Shown here piece after piece: positions 1 to 8,547 of a stretch of DNA of 64,000 bases; within the stretch, counting starts at the first letter, position 1; each line of letters starts with the position of its first letter. The stretch is taken from positions 128,001 to 192,000 of the forward strand of contig CAXXOU010000001.1 of the NCBI GenBank assembly GCA_963677495.2, given 5' to 3'. The notes beneath the pieces are model-generated. The model was given only the letters and a program-made list of their open reading frames with translations, did not search any database and had not been told where the DNA came from. The translations under genes were made by a program, and so were the position numbers. Source of the stretch: Candidatus Cloacimonadales bacterium (GTDB taxonomy: Bacteria; Cloacimonadota; Cloacimonadia; Cloacimonadales; JAFGVF01).

Positions 1-39
1 ATAGAGCGCTCATTAGATGACTACATGAAGGTGTTATAA
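1..39 (+). CDS. istA: IS21 transposase IstA, C-terminal fragment (partial)
   Basis: Encodes IERSLDDYMKVL*, identical to the end of IstA at 62247. Confidence 0.9.
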   Translation: MERSLDDYMKVL

Positions 40-40
40 G

Positions 41-773
41 ATGATAGAGATAACTAAAACATACATCAAAAGGGCTCGTTGTACTCATATTTTGAATACT
101 CTTGAAAGTGCAGTTTTTAGAAGCAGAGAAACAGAATATGACTTATCTGGAGTTCGTACATTATCTATTTGAAAAAGAGAACTCAGGAAGGAATCAAACC
201 AATATCAACAGAAGACTTAAACAGGCTCACATCCCGGTAATAAAGACCTTTGATGAGTTCGACTATGCTTATCAACAAGTAATAACCAAAAGACAAGTAA
301 AGGAGTGGAAGAACTTTGTCTGGCTGGAGCAGAGGAGGAATATAATTTTAATGGGACCTCCGGGAGTAGGTAAGACTCATGTTGCAACAGCACTCAGTTA
401 TGAAGCAATAAAGGCAGGCTATAAGGTGGTGTTTTATAATCTGAACAACCTTATCGAAGAACTTGTACTAGCTGAAGCAGATAACAACATAGATAAATAT
501 CTAAGCAATATAGCCAAGAATGATCTGATAGTTATAGATGAGATGGGGTATCTTCCTCTCCAGACAAAGGCAGCTAATCTGTTCTTTAGACTCATCCATC
601 TCTTATACGAATTTAGATCAGTAATCATAACATCGAATAGGTTGTTTAATGAATGGGGAGCTATTTTTAACGACAATGTGATAGCAACTGCTATTCTTGA
701 TAGATTACTCCATCACTCACAACCAATTACAATGCTCGGAGATAGCTTTAGACTAAGGAATTTTCAAAAATGA
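41..773 (+). pseudogene. istB: IS21 helper ATPase IstB with a +1 frameshift (real or sequencing error)
   Basis: Walker A GPPGVGKT, Walker B LIVIDEMGY, AILDRLLH. T5 at 114-118 versus T4 in the intact copy at 62249-62980. Confidence 0.85.
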
Positions 774-1007
774 AGACTGTACCATTTTTAAATGCCAAAC
801 TGTACCAATTTAAAATGCCATTGACAGCCGGAGATGAACGAAGTAAAACGAAAGAGGACTTCCTCTATGAGTTGAACGTAAGTTGAACTCATAGTTGTGT
901 ACATTGCAAACTCGCTTAATCTTTTAACATCGGTTCCCTTTTCCCCTTTGGCGTCAATAGCTTCTCTTTATCTAATCCCTACAAGAATCTTTTTGCACCG
1001 TTAAATA

Positions 1008-1087
1008 AGTTATACACACGATGTGGATAACTTTAGGGGTTCATAGGGAGGGTCTAGGGAGACTAAAGGGAGGGACAAGCGAGATTC
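1008..1087 (+). repeat. Dispersed element copy A: inverted DnaA-box pair plus four 11-bp repeats
   Basis: TTATACACA-CGA-TGTGGATAA (1010-1030), then TAGGGAGGGTC/TAGGGAGACTA/AAGGGAGGGAC/AAGCGAGATTC (1044-1087). Aligns without gaps to the reverse complement of the 11.1-kb copy. Confidence 0.75.
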
Positions 1088-1305
1088 TAGGTTTTTGATG
1101 CAGCACGTACCAGACTCGTAGTGGACATGAAGAGAAAAAATAGAAGTCATAAATTATATTATTTAACTACAAAGCAGCTACAACATAACCTCAGAACTCG
1201 TGGTTTAGAACTAGGTAAGTCCGTTAACATAATTAATCTATTGACTGAATAAATGGTGAATATCTTATAGATAATAAATATTCATTCTTGCGATGAGGTA
1301 GATAG

Positions 1306-1878
1306 ATGAAGCTGTTAATGCATGTTTGTTGTGCTCCCTGTTTTATTGCACCATGGAAGCATTTGAAAGATAAAGAAGAATTAGAAGTTACGGCATTTTG
1401 GTACAACACCAATATCCATCCCTATACAGAGTTCCGTAAAAGACTAGAAACACTTAGAGAGTTCAGTACTAAAGAGGGCTTTGAGCTTATTGAGGATAAT
1501 AGTTATAAGCTTTTAGAGTTCTTTGAAGAAGCTCTTCATGGTCAAAAAGCAAGATGCTATTACTGCTATCTTGATAGAATGACTAAAACTGCAGAAGTTG
1601 CTAAAGAACGTGGTTTCACTCACATTTCATCAACTCTATTATATAGTAAATTCCAGAATCATGAGTTAATTGTTGAGATAGCTAAAAAAGTATCTGAAAG
1701 ATTTGGCGTAAAGTTCTATTATGAAGATTTTAGAGAATACTGGAAAGAGGGTATTGAGCTATCCAAAGAGGATGGAATGTATCGTCAGCAATTCTGCGGA
1801 TGTATATTCAGTGAAAGAGACAGATATGAAGATTACTATCACCGAAAAGATAAACGTGAAGCAGGAGAGAACAAGTGA
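1306..1878 (+). CDS. queH: Epoxyqueuosine reductase QueH (DUF208)
   Basis: N-terminal LLMHVCCAPC, YNTNIHP, RCYYCY, YRQQFCGC. Confidence 0.9.
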   Translation: MKLLMHVCCAPCFIAPWKHLKDKEELEVTAFWYNTNIHPYTEFRKRLETLREFSTKEGFELIEDNSYKLLEFFEEALHGQKARCYYCYLDRMTKTAEVAKERGFTHISSTLLYSKFQNHELIVEIAKKVSERFGVKFYYEDFREYWKEGIELSKEDGMYRQQFCGCIFSERDRYEDYYHRKDKREAGENK

Positions 1879-2336
1879 AGAAATACGTTATATTGTTTGT
1901 ACTATTAATCACAACACATATGTGTAATGCAGTTGAACGCGAGACAAAGCCTGTTCCATGGAAAGCTGCAACTCTCTCATTTGTTTTACCTGGTGGTGGT
2001 CAGGTTTATAATAAAAGCTACTATCGAGCAGGACTCTTCTTTGCTGCAGAAGCAGCCTTCCTTGGAATGTCTGTTTACCATCACAATGAGATGAAAGATT
2101 TTGAAGGAAAGCGTAATAGCGCAGGTGAGGATCTAGACCTTTACGCACTTCATGATGAAGATTATGAGTTCCATTACAGACGTAGAAACTCCTACTACTG
2201 GTGGTTAGGTATAAGTATTGTAGCAAGTATAACTGATGCATATGTAGATGCCAGCTTGTGGGACTTCGAAGCTAAGAAATCAAAGATTCACCTTGAGATG
2301 GGTGAACGTAATATCGGACTTTCCTTGAGGTTCTAA
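1875..2336 (+). CDS. DUF5683-like membrane/exported protein
   Basis: Signal-like N-terminus, PWKAATLSFVLPGGGQVYN motif, SITDAYVDA. Confidence 0.65.
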   Translation: MKKYVILFVLLITTHMCNAVERETKPVPWKAATLSFVLPGGGQVYNKSYYRAGLFFAAEAAFLGMSVYHHNEMKDFEGKRNSAGEDLDLYALHDEDYEFHYRRRNSYYWWLGISIVASITDAYVDASLWDFEAKKSKIHLEMGERNIGLSLRF

Positions 2337-2806
2337 TGAGTTATCTGACATGGATAGAAACCGATTATGGAACATTTGCTATTGAGGGCAATGATGAAGC
2401 GATAATACGTATCGGTTTCAACTACTCCCCTGCCCCACCTGCAAGAGCTTATCATAAAATTGATAATAAGAACCTTCAATTAGCGATTAAAGAGTTCAAA
2501 CTATACTTTGCTGGTAAACTGAAACAGTTCACATGCAAGATTGATCCTGAAGGCACACCTTTCCAAAAAGCAGTATGGAAAGCAACTAGCGAGATACCCT
2601 ATGGTAAATACATGTATTACTCAGATATTGCAATTGCTATTGGCAGACCAAGTTCAGCAAGAGCTGTAGGTACAGCCTTAAACAAAACACCTACTCCTGT
2701 TATTATACCATGTCATCGTGTAATTGGAAAAGGTGGAATCACTGGTTATGCCGGTGGACCATCTACACGTCTGAAACTCTTACAACTCGAAGGTGCTGAT
2801 GTTTAA
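2336..2806 (+). CDS. ogt: Methylated-DNA--protein-cysteine methyltransferase
   Basis: GTPFQKAVW, ARAVGTAL, active-site IPCHRV. Confidence 0.93.
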   Translation: MSYLTWIETDYGTFAIEGNDEAIIRIGFNYSPAPPARAYHKIDNKNLQLAIKEFKLYFAGKLKQFTCKIDPEGTPFQKAVWKATSEIPYGKYMYYSDIAIAIGRPSSARAVGTALNKTPTPVIIPCHRVIGKGGITGYAGGPSTRLKLLQLEGADV

Positions 2807-3785
2807 GAGATATTCACTTGTATCTCTATACTTTCTAATATCAATAGCACTATTCTCTCAATTCCCTTCTACACTTACAATACAAGGTGATATCACAACA
2901 ATAAAATGTATACCGCAGCAAAAAAAGTTGGGACAACATCTTAGCAAAGAGATGGATATGTACATCACTGCGTTTCAAAAGCAGATGGGTGTATATCCTG
3001 ATGAGCCTGTTACTGTAATACTTTCACCAAATGCAGATTGGTATGAGAAACATACATTCGGAAAGCGTGAGATTGTCCAACAAGCAAATGCATTTTATAA
3101 TAAACGAGATAGAACTATTATCCTTCGCACGAAGAAGAATAGTAGCGGTTTAAGAGGACTAAAGCAAGTATTTCTACATGAGTATATCCACTATTATATA
3201 GACTCGTATATTGCCAATGCACCACTTTGGTTTCATGAAGGTATGGCAGTATACTTTTCAGGGCAGCACAACTTTAATCGAGAAGTACTTTTCACATATA
3301 GTTACCTTTTTGGGGACAGAGCAAGTCTGATGGAGATGAGAAGAACCTACCCGGAATCCAAGAACGATTGGGAAGCTTTTTATGCAGTGTCATCTCTGGC
3401 AGTGAAGACTCTCTATAAAGAGCAAAAACCCGGATTCTATAAGTTCTGGTATATAGCTGAACAACTTAAATCACAAGGGAAAATAGTTCATTTTTCAAAG
3501 CTGTTTAACGCTACATTCTTTATGACTACTTCTGCATATGACAAATACTTCGAGAACATACAAAAGAATACTTTTTTGGGGCATCTGTTCGGAGTGTTAG
3601 CAAGTTTTGTAGGTCCTTTGTTGACAGTTTTCCTTATTATTGCATATGTTCGTAAGCGTAAAGAGTATAAACTTCTGACTAAACGATTAGATGAGGAGGA
3701 GCAACGTGAAGAGTCTGACGATGGAGGAGATTCAATACCTAAAGGGAGTGGGACCGAAGAAAGCACTTCTACTGAACAAGCTTAA
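2799..3785 (+). CDS. Membrane-anchored zinc metallopeptidase (peptidase MA-like)
   Basis: Signal peptide, HEYIH...PLWFHEGMA motif, C-terminal TM helix. Confidence 0.75.
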   Translation: MFKRYSLVSLYFLISIALFSQFPSTLTIQGDITTIKCIPQQKKLGQHLSKEMDMYITAFQKQMGVYPDEPVTVILSPNADWYEKHTFGKREIVQQANAFYNKRDRTIILRTKKNSSGLRGLKQVFLHEYIHYYIDSYIANAPLWFHEGMAVYFSGQHNFNREVLFTYSYLFGDRASLMEMRRTYPESKNDWEAFYAVSSLAVKTLYKEQKPGFYKFWYIAEQLKSQGKIVHFSKLFNATFFMTTSAYDKYFENIQKNTFLGHLFGVLASFVGPLLTVFLIIAYVRKRKEYKLLTKRLDEEEQREESDDGGDSIPKGSGTEESTSTEQA

Positions 3786-5785
3786 CATCTTCACTGTTGA
3801 AGATCTGCTTGAGTTCTTTCCTCGTGATTATATTGAACGTTCGGTTCAACGTCCAATCGGTACTCTAAATGAAGGTGAAAATGTCACAGTTGTAGGGCAC
3901 ATTATATCAGTTGATAAGCGTATCACCGGTAGAGGTAGAGAGCAACTCAATATAATAATTTCTGATGGACGAAGTAACCTTCTTTGCAGTTGGTTCAGAT
4001 TTGGAAAGTGGATAACTAAAGATATGGAGATAGGTAAAACTATCTGGGTTGGTGGAAAGGTTGAATATTATCGTGAGATGCCTCAAATTATACATCCGGA
4101 ATATGAGATAATCGACGATGACCATGAGGAAGATGACTTTTGGAAGAAGCGTCAAGTTCTGCCTGTTTATCCCTTAACTGCTGACTTTAAAATGAAGCAG
4201 ATGAGAAGGCTGATCTATACTGCTTTTGAGAAATATCATGATAGCATTGATGAATCTTTACCACAATATATCCTAGACAGATATGGATTCCCTGCACGTA
4301 AAATTGCTCTGCAGAAGATTCATTTCTTAAGTGATGTAAAAAGACTACCTCAGATCAAAGCACGCTTTATCTTAGAGGAATTTTTATATACACAACTACT
4401 TTGGTTAAGAACTAAAAAGGATTTCTTCCGTTCAGGTATCTGTTTTAAACCTACAGGTGAGTTGACGAAGAGACTTTACGAAGATCTCCCCTATCAATTA
4501 ACTGAAGCTCAGAAGAGGGTAGTGAAAGAGATATTTGCTGATATGACATCTAACCGTCAAATGAATAGACTCTTACAAGGTGATGTTGGGGCAGGCAAAA
4601 CTATTGTTACTCTCTTTGCTATGCTCTTAGCTGTTGAGAATAACCATCAAGCAGTTCTCTTAGCTCCTACTGAGATTTTGGCTGAACAACATTATAAAAC
4701 TATCTCAAAACTGCTTTCTATCTTCCCACATATTGAAATTGCTCTGCTTAGAGGTGGCAATTACAAAGGCAAGAAAGATACTTTAGCTCGAATAGCGAGT
4801 GGAGATGCAATGGTGATTGTTGGTACTCATGCTTTGATCCAAAAGAGTGTTGAGTATCACAAAGTCGGGCTAACTGTTGTAGATGAACAACATAGATTTG
4901 GCGTTCAACAAAGAGCTGAACTGGCAAGAAAGAACGGATGCCCTGATATGCTTTATCTTTCAGCTACACCTATCCCCCGCTCTTTAGCTCTAACAGTTTA
5001 TGGAGACCTTGAGATCAGTGTACTCGATGAGCTTCCTCCGGGAAGAAAACCTGTTAGAACCCTCTGGAAAAGTGAGTCCAAGAAACAACTTGTTTATAAT
5101 GAAATAGAGAAAGAGCTTAGAAATGGGCATCAAGTTTATATTGTCTGTCCCCTTATCTCTGATACAGAAAAATCGGATCTTTTAGCTGCTGAAACTTTGT
5201 ATGAGCATCTCTGCTCAAATGTATATCCTCAATATAAGATTGCGCTTCTGCATGGTAGAATGAAGAATGCAGAGAAAGAGGAAATTATGAACTCCTTCAA
5301 GGATAAGAAAGTCGATATCCTTGTTTCGACTACAGTGATTGAGGTTGGAATCGATGTCCCAAATGCATCTGTTATGATGATAGAGCATTCGGAAAGGTTT
5401 GGACTTAGTCAGTTACATCAATTACGAGGAAGAGTAGGAAGAGGCTCTGACGAAGCATATTGCTACCTTATCTCCTACCCACCCATGAGTAAGATAGGAG
5501 CTGAACGCTTAAGAACCATGACTTCATCAAATGATGGTTTTTCTGATCGCAGAGAAGGACCTTGAGCTCAGAGGACCGGGAGAGTTCTTTGGAACTAAGC
5601 AATCGGGTGTCCCTGCCTTTAAATTTGCAAACATAGTTAAAGATAAAGCACTATTAGATGAAGCGAAAATATTAGCAAAAGAGATACTAGCAAAAGACCC
5701 CAATCTCTCTTCGAGTGAAAACCGACTTTTACGCGAACGATATGACAAGTACTACAGGCATAGGGAGAAGCTTTTCAAATATTAA
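3706..5785 (+). CDS. recG: ATP-dependent DNA helicase RecG, split by a +1 frameshift at about 5538-5542
   Basis: LKGVGPK, RLLQGDVGAGKT, DEQHRFG, QLHQLRGRVGR. The conserved [25 protein letters not shown] continues in the next frame (ORF 5531-5785). GTG start follows a GAGGAGGAG RBS. Confidence 0.92.
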
Positions 5786-5811
5786 TCACAGCATAGATAT
5801 TATACACTAGA

Positions 5812-5894
5812 ATTAGTATCGATATTAATATTATTAATACTGACATTAATTATTTTAATTTTCTTCTTGACATTATTAATCCCCATATTAATTT
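5812..5894 (+). promoter_or_regulatory. Candidate promoter and operator array of the DUF2089 operon
   Basis: Three ATTA(A/G)T-N6-ATTAAT boxes (5812, 5833, 5875) around TTGACA at 5867-5872. Confidence 0.5.
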
Positions 5895-5947
5895 AGACCC
5901 AGAATGAGATGATAGTTATGCTCATTTGTGTCCTAAAGGAGGAAATA

Positions 5948-6307
5948 ATGAAAAAGGATACCTTACATATCTGCCCGGTTTGCGACCACGATTTAGAGAT
6001 TGTGAAATATACATGTCCAAATTGCAAAACATCTATTGAAGGCAGATTTACTCCATCGGGAATTTCAGCGTTAACAAATACTCAGCAAGAGTTTGTGACA
6101 ATCTTCATGCTTGCTGAGGGTAACATAAAAGAAGTAGAGAAAGTACTCAACATCTCATACCCAACTGTGAAAGCACGCTTAAGAGAGATTAGGGAAGCAT
6201 TACAGAAACCAAGTGAAGAAGATGAACTTCTACTGATACTTGAAGGTATAGAAGATGGAGAGTTTAGTGTAGATGATGCAATATCCGAAATAGAAAAAAG
6301 GAGATAA
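5948..6307 (+). CDS. DUF2089-family zinc-ribbon/HTH regulator
   Basis: CPVC...CPNC...IEGRF, GNIKEVEKVLNISYPTVKARL. AAGGAGG RBS before ATG 5948. Confidence 0.85.
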   Translation: MKKDTLHICPVCDHDLEIVKYTCPNCKTSIEGRFTPSGISALTNTQQEFVTIFMLAEGNIKEVEKVLNISYPTVKARLREIREALQKPSEEDELLLILEGIEDGEFSVDDAISEIEKRR

Positions 6308-6309
6308 CG

Positions 6310-7749
6310 ATGAAAAAAGAAATTAATCAATCACATGTCATCCCCCTTAAGTCAAACCCGACAATTGAGATTGAGTCTAACTATGTCAATGTTTTTGTTG
6401 AAGCCTCTCCTGACGAGAATGTAACCTTTGATTTGCATTTAGTCAGTCGAGGACATGACCTTGATAAATGCGAGAATATCTATGAATTCAGTTCAAATGA
6501 AACAGATAACAAAGCATGGCTTCAGTTTAATGATGATGAAAGTTGTCACTTAGACAGCAAAGAGAGCAGAATCCTGGTAAAAGCACCGGAAAATTCAAAG
6601 CTTCAGGTCGAGAATGAGAATGGCAGAATTCACTGTAAAAATGTAACTGCTACTTTCTCTATAGAAACAGAGAATGGTTCAATAGCTACCATTAATTGTA
6701 AAGGCACTATGAATGTCCAAAGCGAGAACGGGGCAATAAAGATACATGACATGGAGGGAGAAATCAATGCAGAAACAGAAAACGGACTTATCAAGCTCAG
6801 TGGAGGAAAAGGTGAAGCCCTTAACTGTGAGACGGAGAATGGTAAGATTAAGATCGAAAAAGCCGACTATAGAACGATTAATCTTGAAACAGAGAACGGA
6901 CGTGTTATCTGTGAGGTTCCCGTTAGAAGTGAAGGGAACACAAACATTGAAACTGAAAACGGTAGTATAGATATTGTTATTCCTGAAGAGCTGGAGTTTA
7001 CAGCTGATTGTTCAATGGAATACGGTTCTTTCAGTAATTCAGTTAAGGCAAAAGTAGAAACTATCAGCTCAGATCATGACGAGAAGAAGTTCCATATCGA
7101 AAGAGGAAACGGAAGCTACAAGATAGCAATTGAGACGGAGAATGGCAGTATACGCATGATCGACAGCAACACTATCGGAATGGATGGTGTGAAAGTTGAA
7201 GTAAACCGATTCAAGAAGAAGTGGAAAAAACTCAGCGATGAAGAGATGAACATTGAAGACAAGGTTCAACAAGCCCTGAAAGATGTTGATTTCGATAAAA
7301 TATCTCGTGTATTAGAGAAAAAAGCTGCCATTATTTCAAAAAGATCAGTCCAAAAATCTATTGATGCTGCGCTTAAGACTGTTAGTAGTCTACAAGACAA
7401 ACTTTGCAACCTTGAAATCAAGATCTCTGATGATGGTGATGAACCAAAAGTCTATACAAAGAAAGTCTTTGTTAAGAGAGAAAAGCCTGAGAAACCGGCA
7501 AAACCTGCAAAGCCTGATTGTCCTGATTGCCCCGAGGTACCGGATATCCCTGATCTTGATGAGATTGAAGATACTGTAAGTGTTGTAATAAATGACATCA
7601 CAGATGCAGTAAATAAAGCAGATACTGCTACAAAGCCTGTGGCAAAGTCAAATGATAAAGGTCAGAGCAGACTTAAGATCTTAGACCTTCTTGAGAAAGG
7701 TGTGATTACATCTGAGCAAGCAGAAAGGCTACTAGCTGCAATTAAATAA
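6310..7749 (+). CDS. DUF4097-like beta-strand-repeat protein with C-terminal SHOCT-like motif
   Basis: Many E(T/S)ENGxI repeats. C-terminal RLKILDLLEKGVITSEQAERLL. Confidence 0.75.
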   Translation: MKKEINQSHVIPLKSNPTIEIESNYVNVFVEASPDENVTFDLHLVSRGHDLDKCENIYEFSSNETDNKAWLQFNDDESCHLDSKESRILVKAPENSKLQVENENGRIHCKNVTATFSIETENGSIATINCKGTMNVQSENGAIKIHDMEGEINAETENGLIKLSGGKGEALNCETENGKIKIEKADYRTINLETENGRVICEVPVRSEGNTNIETENGSIDIVIPEELEFTADCSMEYGSFSNSVKAKVETISSDHDEKKFHIERGNGSYKIAIETENGSIRMIDSNTIGMDGVKVEVNRFKKKWKKLSDEEMNIEDKVQQALKDVDFDKISRVLEKKAAIISKRSVQKSIDAALKTVSSLQDKLCNLEIKISDDGDEPKVYTKKVFVKREKPEKPAKPAKPDCPDCPEVPDIPDLDEIEDTVSVVINDITDAVNKADTATKPVAKSNDKGQSRLKILDLLEKGVITSEQAERLLAAIK

Positions 7750-7799
7750 CCAAAGCAAAACATAAATGACCTAAAAGGGTCTTCTTCAAAAAACTCCCG

Positions 7800-7828
7800 G
7801 GCTGGTGCGTGCCATCAGCCTTTTTTTT
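7800..7828 (+). terminator. Rho-independent terminator
   Basis: GGCTGGTG-CGTGC-CATCAGCC followed by T8. Confidence 0.8.
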
Positions 7829-7835
7829 GTATTTA

Positions 7836-7999
7836 CCTCACCCCTCTGGGGAGAGGTCGATATCCGTTGAGGATATCGGGTGAGGGGTCGATAGTTTATC
7901 ACTGACTTTCAAAGGGAAACTTCCTTGCCCCCAGACATAGTAAATCAAGAGAATCTTGTATATACCCCTCACCTTAATCCTCTCCCCAGAGGGGCGAGG
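7836..7999. repeat. REP/REPIN-like inverted palindrome pair upstream of the DUF559 gene
   Basis: CCTCACCCCTCTGGGGAGAGG (7836-7856) is the reverse complement of 7979-7999 with 1 mismatch. GGTGAGGGGT (7879-7888) pairs with ACCCCTCACC (7964-7973). Confidence 0.8.
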
Positions 8000-8056
8000 A
8001 AAATATATAATGATTTATCAGTTTGCTTAAGCTCTCACCCAACTTATTATATCCAA

Positions 8057-8449
8057 ATGAGTCAAAGGATTACATCACGAAAAAGAAGCGAACTAACTTC
8101 AAGACTTAGAGATTTTGCAAGAGCAAATCGAATGAATACAACTAATGCAGAATCCAAATTATGGGCATACCTACGTAATCGGAACCTATTTGGGTTCAAG
8201 TTCCGACGTCAACACCAAATTGGTTACTATATAGTAGATTTTATTTGTATTAAGAAAAACTTAGTAATCGAGCTGGATGGTGACCAGCATTATGTAGGGC
8301 AAGGGCCGGGATATGACCAAGTAAGGACAAGTTATCTCAATTCAAGAGGGTTAAGAGTTGTTAGGTTCACTGATTATGAGACTCTAACCAATATTGATGG
8401 TGTTATTGTTACTATCTTAGAGGAATTGGGTATTGAGTTTGAAGAGTGA
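8057..8449 (+). CDS. DUF559 (Vsr-like PD-(D/E)XK) endonuclease
   Basis: AESKLWAYLR, FKFRRQHQIGYYIVDF, LVIELDGDQH, R..YLNSRGLRVVRF. Confidence 0.9.
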   Translation: MSQRITSRKRSELTSRLRDFARANRMNTTNAESKLWAYLRNRNLFGFKFRRQHQIGYYIVDFICIKKNLVIELDGDQHYVGQGPGYDQVRTSYLNSRGLRVVRFTDYETLTNIDGVIVTILEELGIEFEE

Positions 8450-8494
8450 AGAGTTTGTTTTGTTTGCAAAGGATAAAAAGAAAATCTCGTACCT

Positions 8495-8547
8495 ACCCCT
8501 CATCTTCCGAGTTAAAGCTCTCCCTCTTCTCCCCAAAGGGGCGAAGA
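8495..8547. repeat. REP-like palindrome downstream of DUF559, overlapping the helicase 3' end
   Basis: ACCCCTCATC...TCTTCTCCCCAAAGGGGCGAAGA, same family as 7964-7999. Confidence 0.65.

Larger units (their letters stand above)
1..826 (+). mobile_element. IS21-family insertion sequence, copy 1 (3' part; cut by window edge)
   Basis: Nearly identical to 62209-63033. Contains the end of istA, istB and a right end ...ATGCCATTGACA at 826. Confidence 0.95.

Noticed and set aside
3706..3785. 80-nt overlap between the peptidase and recG as a special feature
   Set aside because: The overlapped peptidase tail is low-complexity and probably a tolerated stop read-through. No further evidence of function.
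7925..8056. N-terminal extension of the DUF559 ORF
   Set aside because: It runs through the REP-like palindrome. ATG 8057 gives a typical domain length.
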